64,000 bases of DNA from Candidatus Brocadiia bacterium (GTDB lineage Bacteria > Planctomycetota > Brocadiia > CAIUPP01): the NCBI GenBank assembly GCA_050015075.1, contig JBEKCB010000023.1:1-64000 (forward strand), given 5' to 3'. Each line of letters begins with the position of its first letter. Positions within the stretch are counted from its first letter, which is position 1. Shown one piece after another: positions 34,680 to 43,300 of the stretch. The position numbers and the translations under genes were made by a program. The notes under the pieces are model-generated. The model ran no database searches, had not been told where the DNA came from, and was given only the letters and a program-made list of their open reading frames with translations.

Positions 34680-35867
34680 GTGAAATACCTGATCGTGCTG
34701 GCGAGCGGTATGGCCGATGAGCCGCTGGCGGAATTGGGCGGCCGCACGCCGCTGGCCGCCGCGCATAAGCCGGCGCTCGACGAACTGGCGCGCGACGGAA
34801 AGATCGGCTGCGTCCGCACGCTGCCCGAGCCGCTGCCGGCCTCGGAAGAGGTGGCGCTGCTCTCGGCGCTGGGCTTCAGCCCGCAGGAGTTCTTCACCGG
34901 CGAGGCGGGCCTGGCAGTCGCGGATTCGGGCCTGAAAATGGAGCCGGGCCAGTTGGCGTTCATGCACAATCTCACCACCGAAGCCAACGGTGTTCTGGTG
35001 GACCACGCCGCCGGCCAGATTTCCCTGAAAGAGGCCGAGGTGCTTCTGACGTCGCTCACGGCGGCGTTCGGCCGGCCCGACGCGCAGTTCTGCGCGGGCC
35101 ACGGTTTTACGGGCGTGACGGTGCTGACGGTAGGGGAAGACGCAGCGCCGATCTGCGATCCGCCCGAGGCGGCGCTCGGCCTGCCTGTCGCTCGGCGCAT
35201 GCCGCACGGCGCGGGAAGCGAACTGCTCGTGCGCCTGATGGAACTCTCGCGCGAGGCGTTCCTCGAACATGAAATCAACCGCGTGCGCACCGACCTCGGC
35301 GAGAACCCGGCGAACCTGCTCTGGCTCTGGGGGCCGGGCAAGCCGCCGACGTTGCCGTCGTTCGAGTCCCGGCACAGGCTCAGCAGCGCGATGGTCGCCG
35401 CGACGGAATCCGCGCGCGGGCTCGGCCGGCTCTGTGGGATGCGCGTGCCGCACGTCTCCGGCGCGACCGGTGGCTACCGGACCGACTACACCGCCAAGGC
35501 GCAGTGCGCGCTGGAGGCGATCGGCTCGATGGACCTGGTCGTCGTCCACGTCGCATCGCCGGCGGAGGCGAGCCTTGAAGGAAACGTCCAGCGAAAAATT
35601 TCGGCGATCCAGGACATTGACGCGATGATCACCGCGCCGCTGCTGCAATATGCCCGAGGCCGCGACGACACGCGGATGATGTTCCTGTGCACGCACATGG
35701 CGAGCGTTGCCCGGCGTCGCCGTCTGCGCGATCCCGTGCCGGTGGCGATGTTCGGTCCGGGCCTCGAACCGTTCCGCCGCGGCGCATTCAGCGAAACCGC
35801 TGCGCAGGACGGCGAACTCGGCGTCGAGCACGGGCACGAATTGCTGCAATATTTCCTGACGCGCTAA
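34680..35867 (+). CDS. ApgM-like (cofactor-independent phosphoglycerate mutase fold) protein with degenerate metal ligands
   Basis: GMADEPLAELGGRTPL, DHAAGQIS, HEINRVR...PANLLWLWG, GATGGYRTDY and DPVP match the family; the usual Asp/His ligands are substituted. Confidence 0.8.
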   Translation: MKYLIVLASGMADEPLAELGGRTPLAAAHKPALDELARDGKIGCVRTLPEPLPASEEVALLSALGFSPQEFFTGEAGLAVADSGLKMEPGQLAFMHNLTTEANGVLVDHAAGQISLKEAEVLLTSLTAAFGRPDAQFCAGHGFTGVTVLTVGEDAAPICDPPEAALGLPVARRMPHGAGSELLVRLMELSREAFLEHEINRVRTDLGENPANLLWLWGPGKPPTLPSFESRHRLSSAMVAATESARGLGRLCGMRVPHVSGATGGYRTDYTAKAQCALEAIGSMDLVVVHVASPAEASLEGNVQRKISAIQDIDAMITAPLLQYARGRDDTRMMFLCTHMASVARRRRLRDPVPVAMFGPGLEPFRRGAFSETAAQDGELGVEHGHELLQYFLTR

Positions 35868-36201
35868 AGCGTTTTCACCCCGCAGAATCACGGGCAATCC
35901 CGGTCACTGCGCCTTGCCCGAGGCGGCATCGCAATTGCATGGAAGGCGTAAGTTTTTGCACAATAGGCCTTTGTAAAGTGCGGCCGGTCCAGCGGTTGGC
36001 GGAATCCTGGGAAATTCTGCTGATGATCGGCAACAAGCCCGGCATTCGCGGCGCGGCGCCTTATAGTCGCAACAACTTGATATGACATGGTTAATGATTC
36101 AGTAGATCATGCGCGCGCGCGGTATTCGCGTGGTCATGATTGCGTTTGCGTTGTGTTAGCGAAAGCGCTGAATTGACGGGTATTTTATGCAGTTTTGCAA
36201 G

Positions 36202-36221
36202 TTGTCCACATATTATCCACA
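36202..36221 (+). promoter_or_regulatory. Two tandem DnaA boxes in the 686-bp intergenic region upstream of dnaA
   Basis: TTGTCCACA (36202-36210) and consensus TTATCCACA (36213-36221), preceded by an AT-rich stretch. Confidence 0.8.
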
Positions 36222-36406
36222 ATTGCGCGAGTGATTCCGCTCGACGCAGCGGCCGCTCCAACGCGATTCGATGGAGTCAATAAAAATTCGGACTAACGTG
36301 AGAGCAAACCGGCGCCCGATTACGACGTTGTGAGTGCGGAACGAAGGCGGTTTTCGCGCCGCAGATTTTCGTGTTCGCGCAATCAAAAATCCGCCGGAGA
36401 TTCCAT

Positions 36407-36435
36407 TTGACTGCCGACGATTCGCATGCTACCAT
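36407..36435 (+). promoter_or_regulatory. dnaA promoter
   Basis: TTGACT, 17 bp, TACCAT with an extended -10 TG. Confidence 0.6.
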
Positions 36436-36553
36436 TTGCCCCTCGTCGGAGAGAGCGACGTTCATCCCGGCATGCGGTTCGGACACCGGTTGATCGGCAG
36501 GGCTTTCGGTCGCGGGTCAGAAAATACCTCGAGCGCGCATCGCGGAGCGCAGC

Positions 36554-37918
36554 ATGCCGTTATTGAAGTCAGACGTGTGGCCTGCCGTCCTCGAAGCAAT
36601 CCAGAAAGACGTCGGCGAGCAGCGCTTCTCGCTCTGGTTCCGGAACGTCCGTCCCGTTCGCCTCGAAGGCGACACCGCGGTCCTCGGCGTGCCGAACCTC
36701 TTCGTGCAGGAATGGCTCGAGACGCACTTCCTCGACATCCTCCGCCGCTGCCTGGCCGAGCGGCTCGGACGCCCGGCGACGGTGAAGTTCATCATTGATG
36801 CGGCGCTCTTCAAGCAGGCGCGCGAGGCGGAACTTCGCGCGGGGGCGGCGATCGTCGAGGAAGCCTCCGCCGCCGCCAAGGAACCGGAACGCCTCCAGGC
36901 GCAGATCCGGCCGGACTTCACGCTTGCCAACTTCGTCGTCGGATCCGGCAACAAACTCGCCTACGCCTGCGCGATGGAAATCCTGGACTCCTCCTCGAAC
37001 CGCCTCAACCCGCTCTTCATCCACAGCCTGTCCGGCCTCGGCAAGACGCACCTGCTCCAGGCGATGCTGAACGAAGTGCGGCGGCGCGACGACGGCCGCA
37101 CCGCCGAATACCTTTCGGCCGAGACCTTCACGAACCAGTTCATCTACGCCATGCGCAACAACCGCCTCGACGCCTTCCGCCACCGCTATCGCAACGTGGA
37201 CATCCTGCTGATTGACGACGTGCATTTCCTCGGCAACAAGAGCCGCCTGCAGGAGGAACTGCTGCATACGTTCGACGCGCTGCACACCGGGAACCGGCAG
37301 TTCGTCCTGGCGAGCGACGTGCACCCGAAGATGCTCTCGAAGATCAAGCAGAACCTGGTGAACCGGTTCGCCAGCGGCATGGTGGTGCGGATGGCGCCGC
37401 CGGATTTCTCGACGCGCGTGGCGATCATGAAGATCAAGCTCCAGCAGCAGGCGCGCCGGCTGCCGGAGGACGTCGTGCGCTACGTCGCGCGCGGGTTCGA
37501 GGGCAGCGTGCGCGACCTGACCGGCGCCACGACGCTGATCCTGGCGTACGCGGGGCTGACCGGCGAGAAGATTGACGTGAACCTGGCGCGCACGGCGCTC
37601 ACGGAAGCGCACCACGAAACGGAGGCGCATTCCGGGCTCGACGTGGTCGAGCGCGTCGTCTCGCGCCATTACAGCCTGGACGCGGCGGACCTGCGCAAGC
37701 GCCGGCGGAAGCGCGCCGTGCGGCTCCCGCGCCAGCTCTGCATGTACCTCGCGCGCAAATTCACCCCGATGTCCTGCCGCGAAATCGCCTCCCACTTCGG
37801 CGCGGCCAACCACAGCAGCGTCATCAGCGCCGCCGCCCGCATCGAGGAGACGCTGAAGAAGGACTCCGACCTGGCGGAACTGGTCTCGGCCATGGGCGAA
37901 GAGATCAGGAAGGGCTGA
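36554..37918 (+). CDS. dnaA: Chromosomal replication initiator DnaA (divergent; possibly a second paralog)
   Basis: Domain I (FSLWF, VPNLFVQEWL), FVVGSGNKLAY, NPLFIHSLSGLGKTHLL, LLIDDVHFL, QEELLHTFD and domain IV RQLCMYLAR...NHSSV. Confidence 0.9.
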   Translation: MPLLKSDVWPAVLEAIQKDVGEQRFSLWFRNVRPVRLEGDTAVLGVPNLFVQEWLETHFLDILRRCLAERLGRPATVKFIIDAALFKQAREAELRAGAAIVEEASAAAKEPERLQAQIRPDFTLANFVVGSGNKLAYACAMEILDSSSNRLNPLFIHSLSGLGKTHLLQAMLNEVRRRDDGRTAEYLSAETFTNQFIYAMRNNRLDAFRHRYRNVDILLIDDVHFLGNKSRLQEELLHTFDALHTGNRQFVLASDVHPKMLSKIKQNLVNRFASGMVVRMAPPDFSTRVAIMKIKLQQQARRLPEDVVRYVARGFEGSVRDLTGATTLILAYAGLTGEKIDVNLARTALTEAHHETEAHSGLDVVERVVSRHYSLDAADLRKRRRKRAVRLPRQLCMYLARKFTPMSCREIASHFGAANHSSVISAAARIEETLKKDSDLAELVSAMGEEIRKG

Positions 37919-37955
37919 AAACAGGCTCTAGCCCTGTTCCGCGGGCAAAAAACCC

Positions 37956-37983
37956 TTGCATTCCACGTATTTGCGTATATAAT
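37956..37983 (+). promoter_or_regulatory. Sigma70-type promoter of the MBL hydrolase gene
   Basis: TTGCAT, 16 bp, TATAAT. Confidence 0.55.
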
Positions 37984-38061
37984 AGCTTTATCAACCGGTT
38001 CGTGCGTATCTTCGATTGGCTGTTTCCGACACGATGCAGGGCTCGATCGGAGGAGACGCCA

Positions 38062-38889
38062 ATGCATGAACTGAAAGTCGCTTTTCTCAACGTCGGCCAT
38101 GGCGATTTCGTCTATGCCGTAACGCCGAACGGCGCCACCCTGGTCATTGACGTCGGGACCGGCGATCAGGTCGTCCCTTCGACTTTTCTCCGCAACGTCC
38201 CGAAGATTTCGGAACTGCAGATTTCACATCCGCATACGGACCATTTTGATGACATCGTCGCCATTTCAAAGAAGCCATTTCTTTCCTTCACGTGCCCCGA
38301 CGTGGCCGGATTTTCGGACAAAGCGATCGGGTGGAAAAAAGGCGACCAGTGCAAGATAGACATCCTCCGGCAACTCCAGCAATCGAAGCCTTCCCTTCCG
38401 TTTCTTCTGCGTGAGCCCAACGGGTTCCTTTACAAAGTGTGGCCTCCTGCCCACGTTGACCCCGACGACCCCAACACGGCGAGCCTGGTTACGATCCTCA
38501 GTTACCAGGGCGTGACGATACTCTGCGGAGGGGATTTGCCCGCAAAAGGGTGGGAGTCACTTCTGACGACGAGGAAGGACTTCGTCGCCGCCACGGCCGG
38601 CACAACGATCTTCAAAGTCCCGCATCACGGTCGCGCGGACGGCTGCTGCGAATCTCTGCTCTCCTGGATGGTGCCGAAGCTCTGCATCATTTCCGACAAG
38701 CCGCTGGAACAGGACAACAAGAACACCGCCGCGACGAAATGGTACGAGGAGCGCTCTCTGGGATGCGATGTCGTCGGTTACGCGGGGAAAAGGAAAGTGC
38801 TGACGACCAGAAACGACGGCTCGGTTTTCATTTCAATCGGCGAACAAGGCACCGTGCACATTTACCCTCACACAGAATGGAAGAACTAG
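38062..38889 (+). CDS. Stand-alone ComEC/Rec2-type metallo-beta-lactamase-fold hydrolase (putative nuclease)
   Basis: FLNVGHGD, ISHPHTDH, GGDL, KVPHHG and TRNDG; GGAGGAG SD before ATG 38062. Confidence 0.82.
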   Translation: MHELKVAFLNVGHGDFVYAVTPNGATLVIDVGTGDQVVPSTFLRNVPKISELQISHPHTDHFDDIVAISKKPFLSFTCPDVAGFSDKAIGWKKGDQCKIDILRQLQQSKPSLPFLLREPNGFLYKVWPPAHVDPDDPNTASLVTILSYQGVTILCGGDLPAKGWESLLTTRKDFVAATAGTTIFKVPHHGRADGCCESLLSWMVPKLCIISDKPLEQDNKNTAATKWYEERSLGCDVVGYAGKRKVLTTRNDGSVFISIGEQGTVHIYPHTEWKN

Positions 38890-38960
38890 CGCATCCGCCG
38901 GTTTATAGATTGCGGTTGCGCGGCCATGGGCGGCGAGGTGCAAAGGCAACCTCACTCGTT

Positions 38961-38997
38961 GCTTCGGCTTATCCCTGAGGCTGCGCTCGATGAAGAA
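38961..38997 (-). repeat. Imperfect direct repeat of the mlaD 3' end (43306-43342)
   Basis: GCTTCGGCTTATCCCTGAGGCTGCGCTCGATGAAGAA vs GCTTCGGATTGTCCTTGAGGCTGCGCTCGACGAGGAA, 32/37 identical. Confidence 0.75.
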
Positions 38998-39007
38998 GCA
39001 GGGCGCC

Positions 39008-41980
39008 TCATTTCTTCTTCAGTTCGTCCGCGAACCAGCGGAGCTTCTGCGCGCGCTCGTCCTGCTGGGCATTCGCCGCGCGGGCGGCGCGTAACTCCTG
39101 GGTGAGGTTGCGGACTTGCTCCTCCGCCGCGACCAACTCCTGGAGCCGCTTGGCGAGCTGTTCTTCCGTCTCGCGCAGCGTGGCCGGATTGTGGTGGTTC
39201 TGCCGGTAGCCGGCCATCTCCCGTTGAAATTGCGCCATCTTTTTGTGCGCGACGCGGCGCGCCTGGACTTCCGCGTCGAGTTTCAGGCGCAGGCGCCGCA
39301 GCTCCTCAGCCGTCCGCGCGACCGCCTCTTCCAGACTTTCTTTCGCGCCGCGTTGAAGCTCGGCTCGCTCCTGCGCCCAGGCTTTCTCCGAGACGAGCGC
39401 TTCGTCCATGCGGCGGCTCAATTCGCCGCGGACCTGTTCCAGTTCCCGCGCGGTCGAAGCTTTCGCCTCTGCGGCTTCGGTCTGCAGGGCTTCCGCGGAC
39501 CTGGCGGCCTCGGCCGCTTCCTCGCGCGCGCGGGCCAGCGCCTCGGCATGGCCTTGGGCTTCTTTTTTCAGCGTCTCAAATTTCTCGGCCAAATCCGATC
39601 GGGCCTGTTCTGCGGCAGCCAGATTCTGCCGCAGCGCGGCGATCTCCTTCTCCAGCGATTCCCGTTTGGCGATCTCCGCATTCATCTCGGCGCGGACGGA
39701 AGAGTCGGCGGCAAGCCGGTCGGCGTTTTCGCGCCGCAATTCCTCGCGCTCGGCCGTAATGGCGGAGAGTTCAGATTGGAGCGTCTCGCGCGCCGCGGCC
39801 AATTCGCTTTCGCGCGCGGCGCGCTCGGTCAGCTCCCGCGCCAGGCGCTTATTCTCCTCGAGGAGCGCCTCGACGTGCGAGGATTTCTCCTCTTCGCGGG
39901 CGCCCAGATGCTCCAGGTCGTGCTGCAGCACCTCCAATTCCTGGCGTAACCTGGAATGGGTCTGCTCGGATGCGGCGGCGGCGGCGCGGGCCTTCTCGAG
40001 GTCGGCCTGCGCTTGCCGGCGCTGCGCGGCTTCGGCCTCGTTCTGCTGCCGAGCCTGTTCGAGCGAGGCGGCCAGCGCGGCGGCGCGTGACACAAACCCG
40101 GCGCGTTCGGTTTCCCATGCACGGCGGGCTTCGGCCGATTTGCCCGTCGTCAGTTCCAGTTCGCGCGCCGCCGAAGCCTGCGCCTCTGCGGCTTTGGCCT
40201 GCCGGACCTCCGCGAGCCTGAGGGCATCGGCCGTTTCCTCGCGCGCGCGGGCGAGCGCCTCAGCATGGCCGCGCGCTTTGCCTCTTAGCGTCTCGAGCCT
40301 CTGGGCCAATTCCGACCGGGCCTGCTCTGCGGCGTCCAGATCCTGCCGCAGTGCGGCGGTCTCATTCTCCAGCGATTGTCGTTTGGCGATCTCCGCGTTC
40401 ATCTCGGCGCGGACGGACGAGTCGGCGGCAAGCCGATCGGCGGTTTCGCGCCGCAATTTCTCGCATTCGGCCGTGGCGGCGGAGAGTTCGGATTGGAGCG
40501 TCTCGACCTGCACGGCGAGCGCTTCGGTGGCTCGGCCGGACTCCAATTCATGCGCGCGGCCTTCGTTGACTGCGCGCTCGGTTTCCCGGCGGGCCGTCGC
40601 GAGTTCACCGGCGAGCGCCTCGGCTTTCGCTTTGAGGGCGTCGCGCGACGCGGCCAATTCGCTTTCGCGCGGGGCGCGGTCGGCCAAGTCCCGCGCCAAC
40701 CGTTTATTCTCTTCGCGGAGCGCCGCGACCTGAGAGAACTTCTCCTCTGCGCGGGCGCTCAACTGTACCGAGTCGCGCCGGAGCGCCTCGAATTCTTGGC
40801 GCAACTTGGAATGGGCCTGCTCGAATGCGGCCGCGGCGGCGCGGGCCTTGTCGAGATCGGCCTGCGCCTGCGTGCGCTGCGAGGCATCCGCCTCGGTCTG
40901 CCGCCGGGCCTGTTCGAGCGACGCGGCAAGCGCGGCGTTGGCTTGGGCGGACTCCGATTCATGCGCGTGAGCTTCGCTGACGGCGCGCGCGGTTTCCTGC
41001 CAGGCGGACGCGAGTTGACGGGCGAGCGCCTCGGCTTTTGCTTCGAGAGCGTCGCGCGTCGCGGCCAATTCACTTTCGCGCGAGGCGCGGCCGGCGAGGT
41101 CCTGCGCCAGGCGCTTGTTCTCTTCGAGGAGTTGCGCGACCTGCGAGGATTTCTCCTCTGCGCGGGCGCTGAGCCGCTCCAGGTCGCGCCGAAGCGCCGC
41201 CAATTCCTCGCGCAGCGTGGAATGGACCTGTTCGGACGCGGACGCGGCGGCGCGGGCCTTTTCGAGATCGGCTTGCGCCTGCCTGCGCTGCGAGATTTCC
41301 GCCTCGGTCTGTTGGTGCGCCAGTTCGAGCGAGGCGGCCAGCGCGGCGGCGCCCGACACGAACCCGGCGCGCTCGGTTTCCCATGCCCGGCGAGCTTCGG
41401 CCGACTTGTCCGCTTCCAGCGTATTCTCCGAGCGGGCCTGCTCCAGTTCCTCGGCCAGAGATTCTTTCGATCCCTCGCGCTCGCGCGCGGCCCGGGCAAG
41501 GTCCGATTGAAGCCGGGCGTTTTCCTGCGTGACGAGGTCCAGGTTTTCCTGCGCCTTGGCGCGGGCGGCGGACGCGTCTGCAAGTTCCGCCTGGAGCTTG
41601 GCCAGCGCCTGTCTATGCGCCGCGAGTTCCTCCGGCGCCTGCTTCTGCGTCAGCAGCTCTTTCTGCAAATCCTGGATCATGGCCAGGTAGGGCGTCACGT
41701 TCGAGACCGAGACCTGCATCGCTTTTTCGCCGAGCCATTCGATCTCGCCGAGCCGGAGCTTGAGGACCAGGTCATGCCCGTTCTGGAGCTTGAAATGCAC
41801 CTGGGTGATCGGCCCCGTTTCCAGGTTGCTGCGGACGAAGGCCGCCAGCCGCAGATCGAGCCCTTCGGGGAGCAGGCGCCGGGCTGCGCCGTTCATGAAG
41901 CAGATATTCCGCTGCGAGTCGAGGATTACAATCGGAGAGAGGAGTTTTTCGAGAGTCTCTTTCGTACGCGACGCTTCCAT
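39008..41980 (-). CDS. Long coiled-coil protein with an N-terminal PAS-like domain and large internal duplications
   Basis: PIVILDSQRNICFMNGAARRL...EIEWLGEKA...SVSNVT (PAS-like), then about 880 aa of A/E/R/L-rich heptads with repeated blocks. Confidence 0.75.
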   Translation of the reverse strand: MEASRTKETLEKLLSPIVILDSQRNICFMNGAARRLLPEGLDLRLAAFVRSNLETGPITQVHFKLQNGHDLVLKLRLGEIEWLGEKAMQVSVSNVTPYLAMIQDLQKELLTQKQAPEELAAHRQALAKLQAELADASAARAKAQENLDLVTQENARLQSDLARAAREREGSKESLAEELEQARSENTLEADKSAEARRAWETERAGFVSGAAALAASLELAHQQTEAEISQRRQAQADLEKARAAASASEQVHSTLREELAALRRDLERLSARAEEKSSQVAQLLEENKRLAQDLAGRASRESELAATRDALEAKAEALARQLASAWQETARAVSEAHAHESESAQANAALAASLEQARRQTEADASQRTQAQADLDKARAAAAAFEQAHSKLRQEFEALRRDSVQLSARAEEKFSQVAALREENKRLARDLADRAPRESELAASRDALKAKAEALAGELATARRETERAVNEGRAHELESGRATEALAVQVETLQSELSAATAECEKLRRETADRLAADSSVRAEMNAEIAKRQSLENETAALRQDLDAAEQARSELAQRLETLRGKARGHAEALARAREETADALRLAEVRQAKAAEAQASAARELELTTGKSAEARRAWETERAGFVSRAAALAASLEQARQQNEAEAAQRRQAQADLEKARAAAAASEQTHSRLRQELEVLQHDLEHLGAREEEKSSHVEALLEENKRLARELTERAARESELAAARETLQSELSAITAEREELRRENADRLAADSSVRAEMNAEIAKRESLEKEIAALRQNLAAAEQARSDLAEKFETLKKEAQGHAEALARAREEAAEAARSAEALQTEAAEAKASTARELEQVRGELSRRMDEALVSEKAWAQERAELQRGAKESLEEAVARTAEELRRLRLKLDAEVQARRVAHKKMAQFQREMAGYRQNHHNPATLRETEEQLAKRLQELVAAEEQVRNLTQELRAARAANAQQDERAQKLRWFADELKKK

Positions 41981-42086
41981 GACGGCCCCTCAAGAAGCGG
42001 CGGATGCGCGGTTCAAGACGTCCAATACCGGACTGATGATAGCGACAGACGGGGATGTCGTCAACAGTTTTATAGGCAAGTTCGCA

Positions 42087-43280
42087 TTACTTGCTTCGAG
42101 TAGCGATCTCGGCATTGATCGCGTCGAGGATCGGCGCCAGGAGTTCGATGCGCTCCTTCAATACCAGGGAAAGTTCCCGCTGTTCATTCACCTGGGGCGG
42201 GGCGCCGGGCTGGGCGGCGGGTTCAGCGGCGCGTTGTGATTGGTCCTTGAGCGCCTCGCGGGCGCGGGCGCAGTCCAGGATCGTGTGCTCGATCTTGCCG
42301 GCGAGGTCTATCAACTCGGCGTTCTTCGAATCGCGGAGCAGCGCGGGCAGTTGCTGCTTCTTCGCGTCCACGAGCATCTCGTTTCTCCAGCGGGCGACGG
42401 TGAGGGACGACTCTTCCGACACGAGCAGCTTGCGAAGGTCCGGTTTCATGCGGGAAATCTCAGCGGCCTCGGCTCTCTCGACGTCGCGGGAGACGCGGAT
42501 TTTGTAAACATAGGCCATGGGGGCTTTTTCGTTTTTCTGTTCTTTGGTGCAGGTCCAGGTACAGCGATTAGGGAGCAGAAAGGCGTCCAGCGCGGCCTTG
42601 AAGGTCGTGCAGGGAAGATTGCAGGTGACCCGACCGACGGCATCCTTGTCTATGGTCACTTCGACGGCCGAGAAATAAAGCACTCCGCTTTTTATGACAC
42701 CCGTATTGAGCCGCGCTCCGTTGACCTGCGCAACGAGGTCGGCGACGGCCTCGCCGAGTACTGCGTCATGGACGTTGATGATGAAGGGCACATCGAAAGG
42801 GTCATTCCTTGCGCCGAGGCAGCGGATCAGACGCTCCGGGGCCGTGCCGGCCGCAGGCTGCGCGGGATCCGGGCTTTCCTTGAGGAGGACGGACGTGTCC
42901 AGGGCGAGGCACATTTGGCCGAAGCTGATTTGGCCGTGACTGTCCTCCGCTTTCTTCCAGAGATTGCCGCACAGTTCGGCCGGTAATATAGCCAAGGGTC
43001 CCGCCGGCGGGATGCAGGTCATCAGAATCCAGTTGCCGTCGGTGGAAATGGTGACCTGCGGCGGCGGAGAGACCATTTTATATCCTTCTTTTTCCACCGT
43101 TATTGTGTGAGTGCCGCGCGGGAGGTCCCTGACGGGCACATTGACGGGCGTGACAGCTCCATTCCATTTGCCATCCACGAGAACTTTGGCGCCCTGAGGT
43201 ATGGAATCTATCCCGACGGTGGTGCAGCCTGCAGCCCAGAAAAGCGCGACAGCCGTCAGCACGGCAGCCCACGTCCGCAT
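42087..43280 (-). CDS. PEGA-domain lipoprotein
   Basis: MRTWAAVLTAVALFWAAGC lipobox; IDSIPQGAKVLVDG...TP...GTHTITVEKEGY (PEGA); AGGAG SD. Confidence 0.72.
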   Translation of the reverse strand: MRTWAAVLTAVALFWAAGCTTVGIDSIPQGAKVLVDGKWNGAVTPVNVPVRDLPRGTHTITVEKEGYKMVSPPPQVTISTDGNWILMTCIPPAGPLAILPAELCGNLWKKAEDSHGQISFGQMCLALDTSVLLKESPDPAQPAAGTAPERLIRCLGARNDPFDVPFIINVHDAVLGEAVADLVAQVNGARLNTGVIKSGVLYFSAVEVTIDKDAVGRVTCNLPCTTFKAALDAFLLPNRCTWTCTKEQKNEKAPMAYVYKIRVSRDVERAEAAEISRMKPDLRKLLVSEESSLTVARWRNEMLVDAKKQQLPALLRDSKNAELIDLAGKIEHTILDCARAREALKDQSQRAAEPAAQPGAPPQVNEQRELSLVLKERIELLAPILDAINAEIATRSK

Positions 43281-43300
43281 CGCTGGTTCTCCTTGGATAT

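Noticed and set aside
38889-42009. 12-bp inverted repeat GCGCATCCGCCG / CGGCGGATGCGC flanking the coiled-coil gene
   Set aside because: Short and GC-rich, so plausible by chance; no target duplication or transposase.
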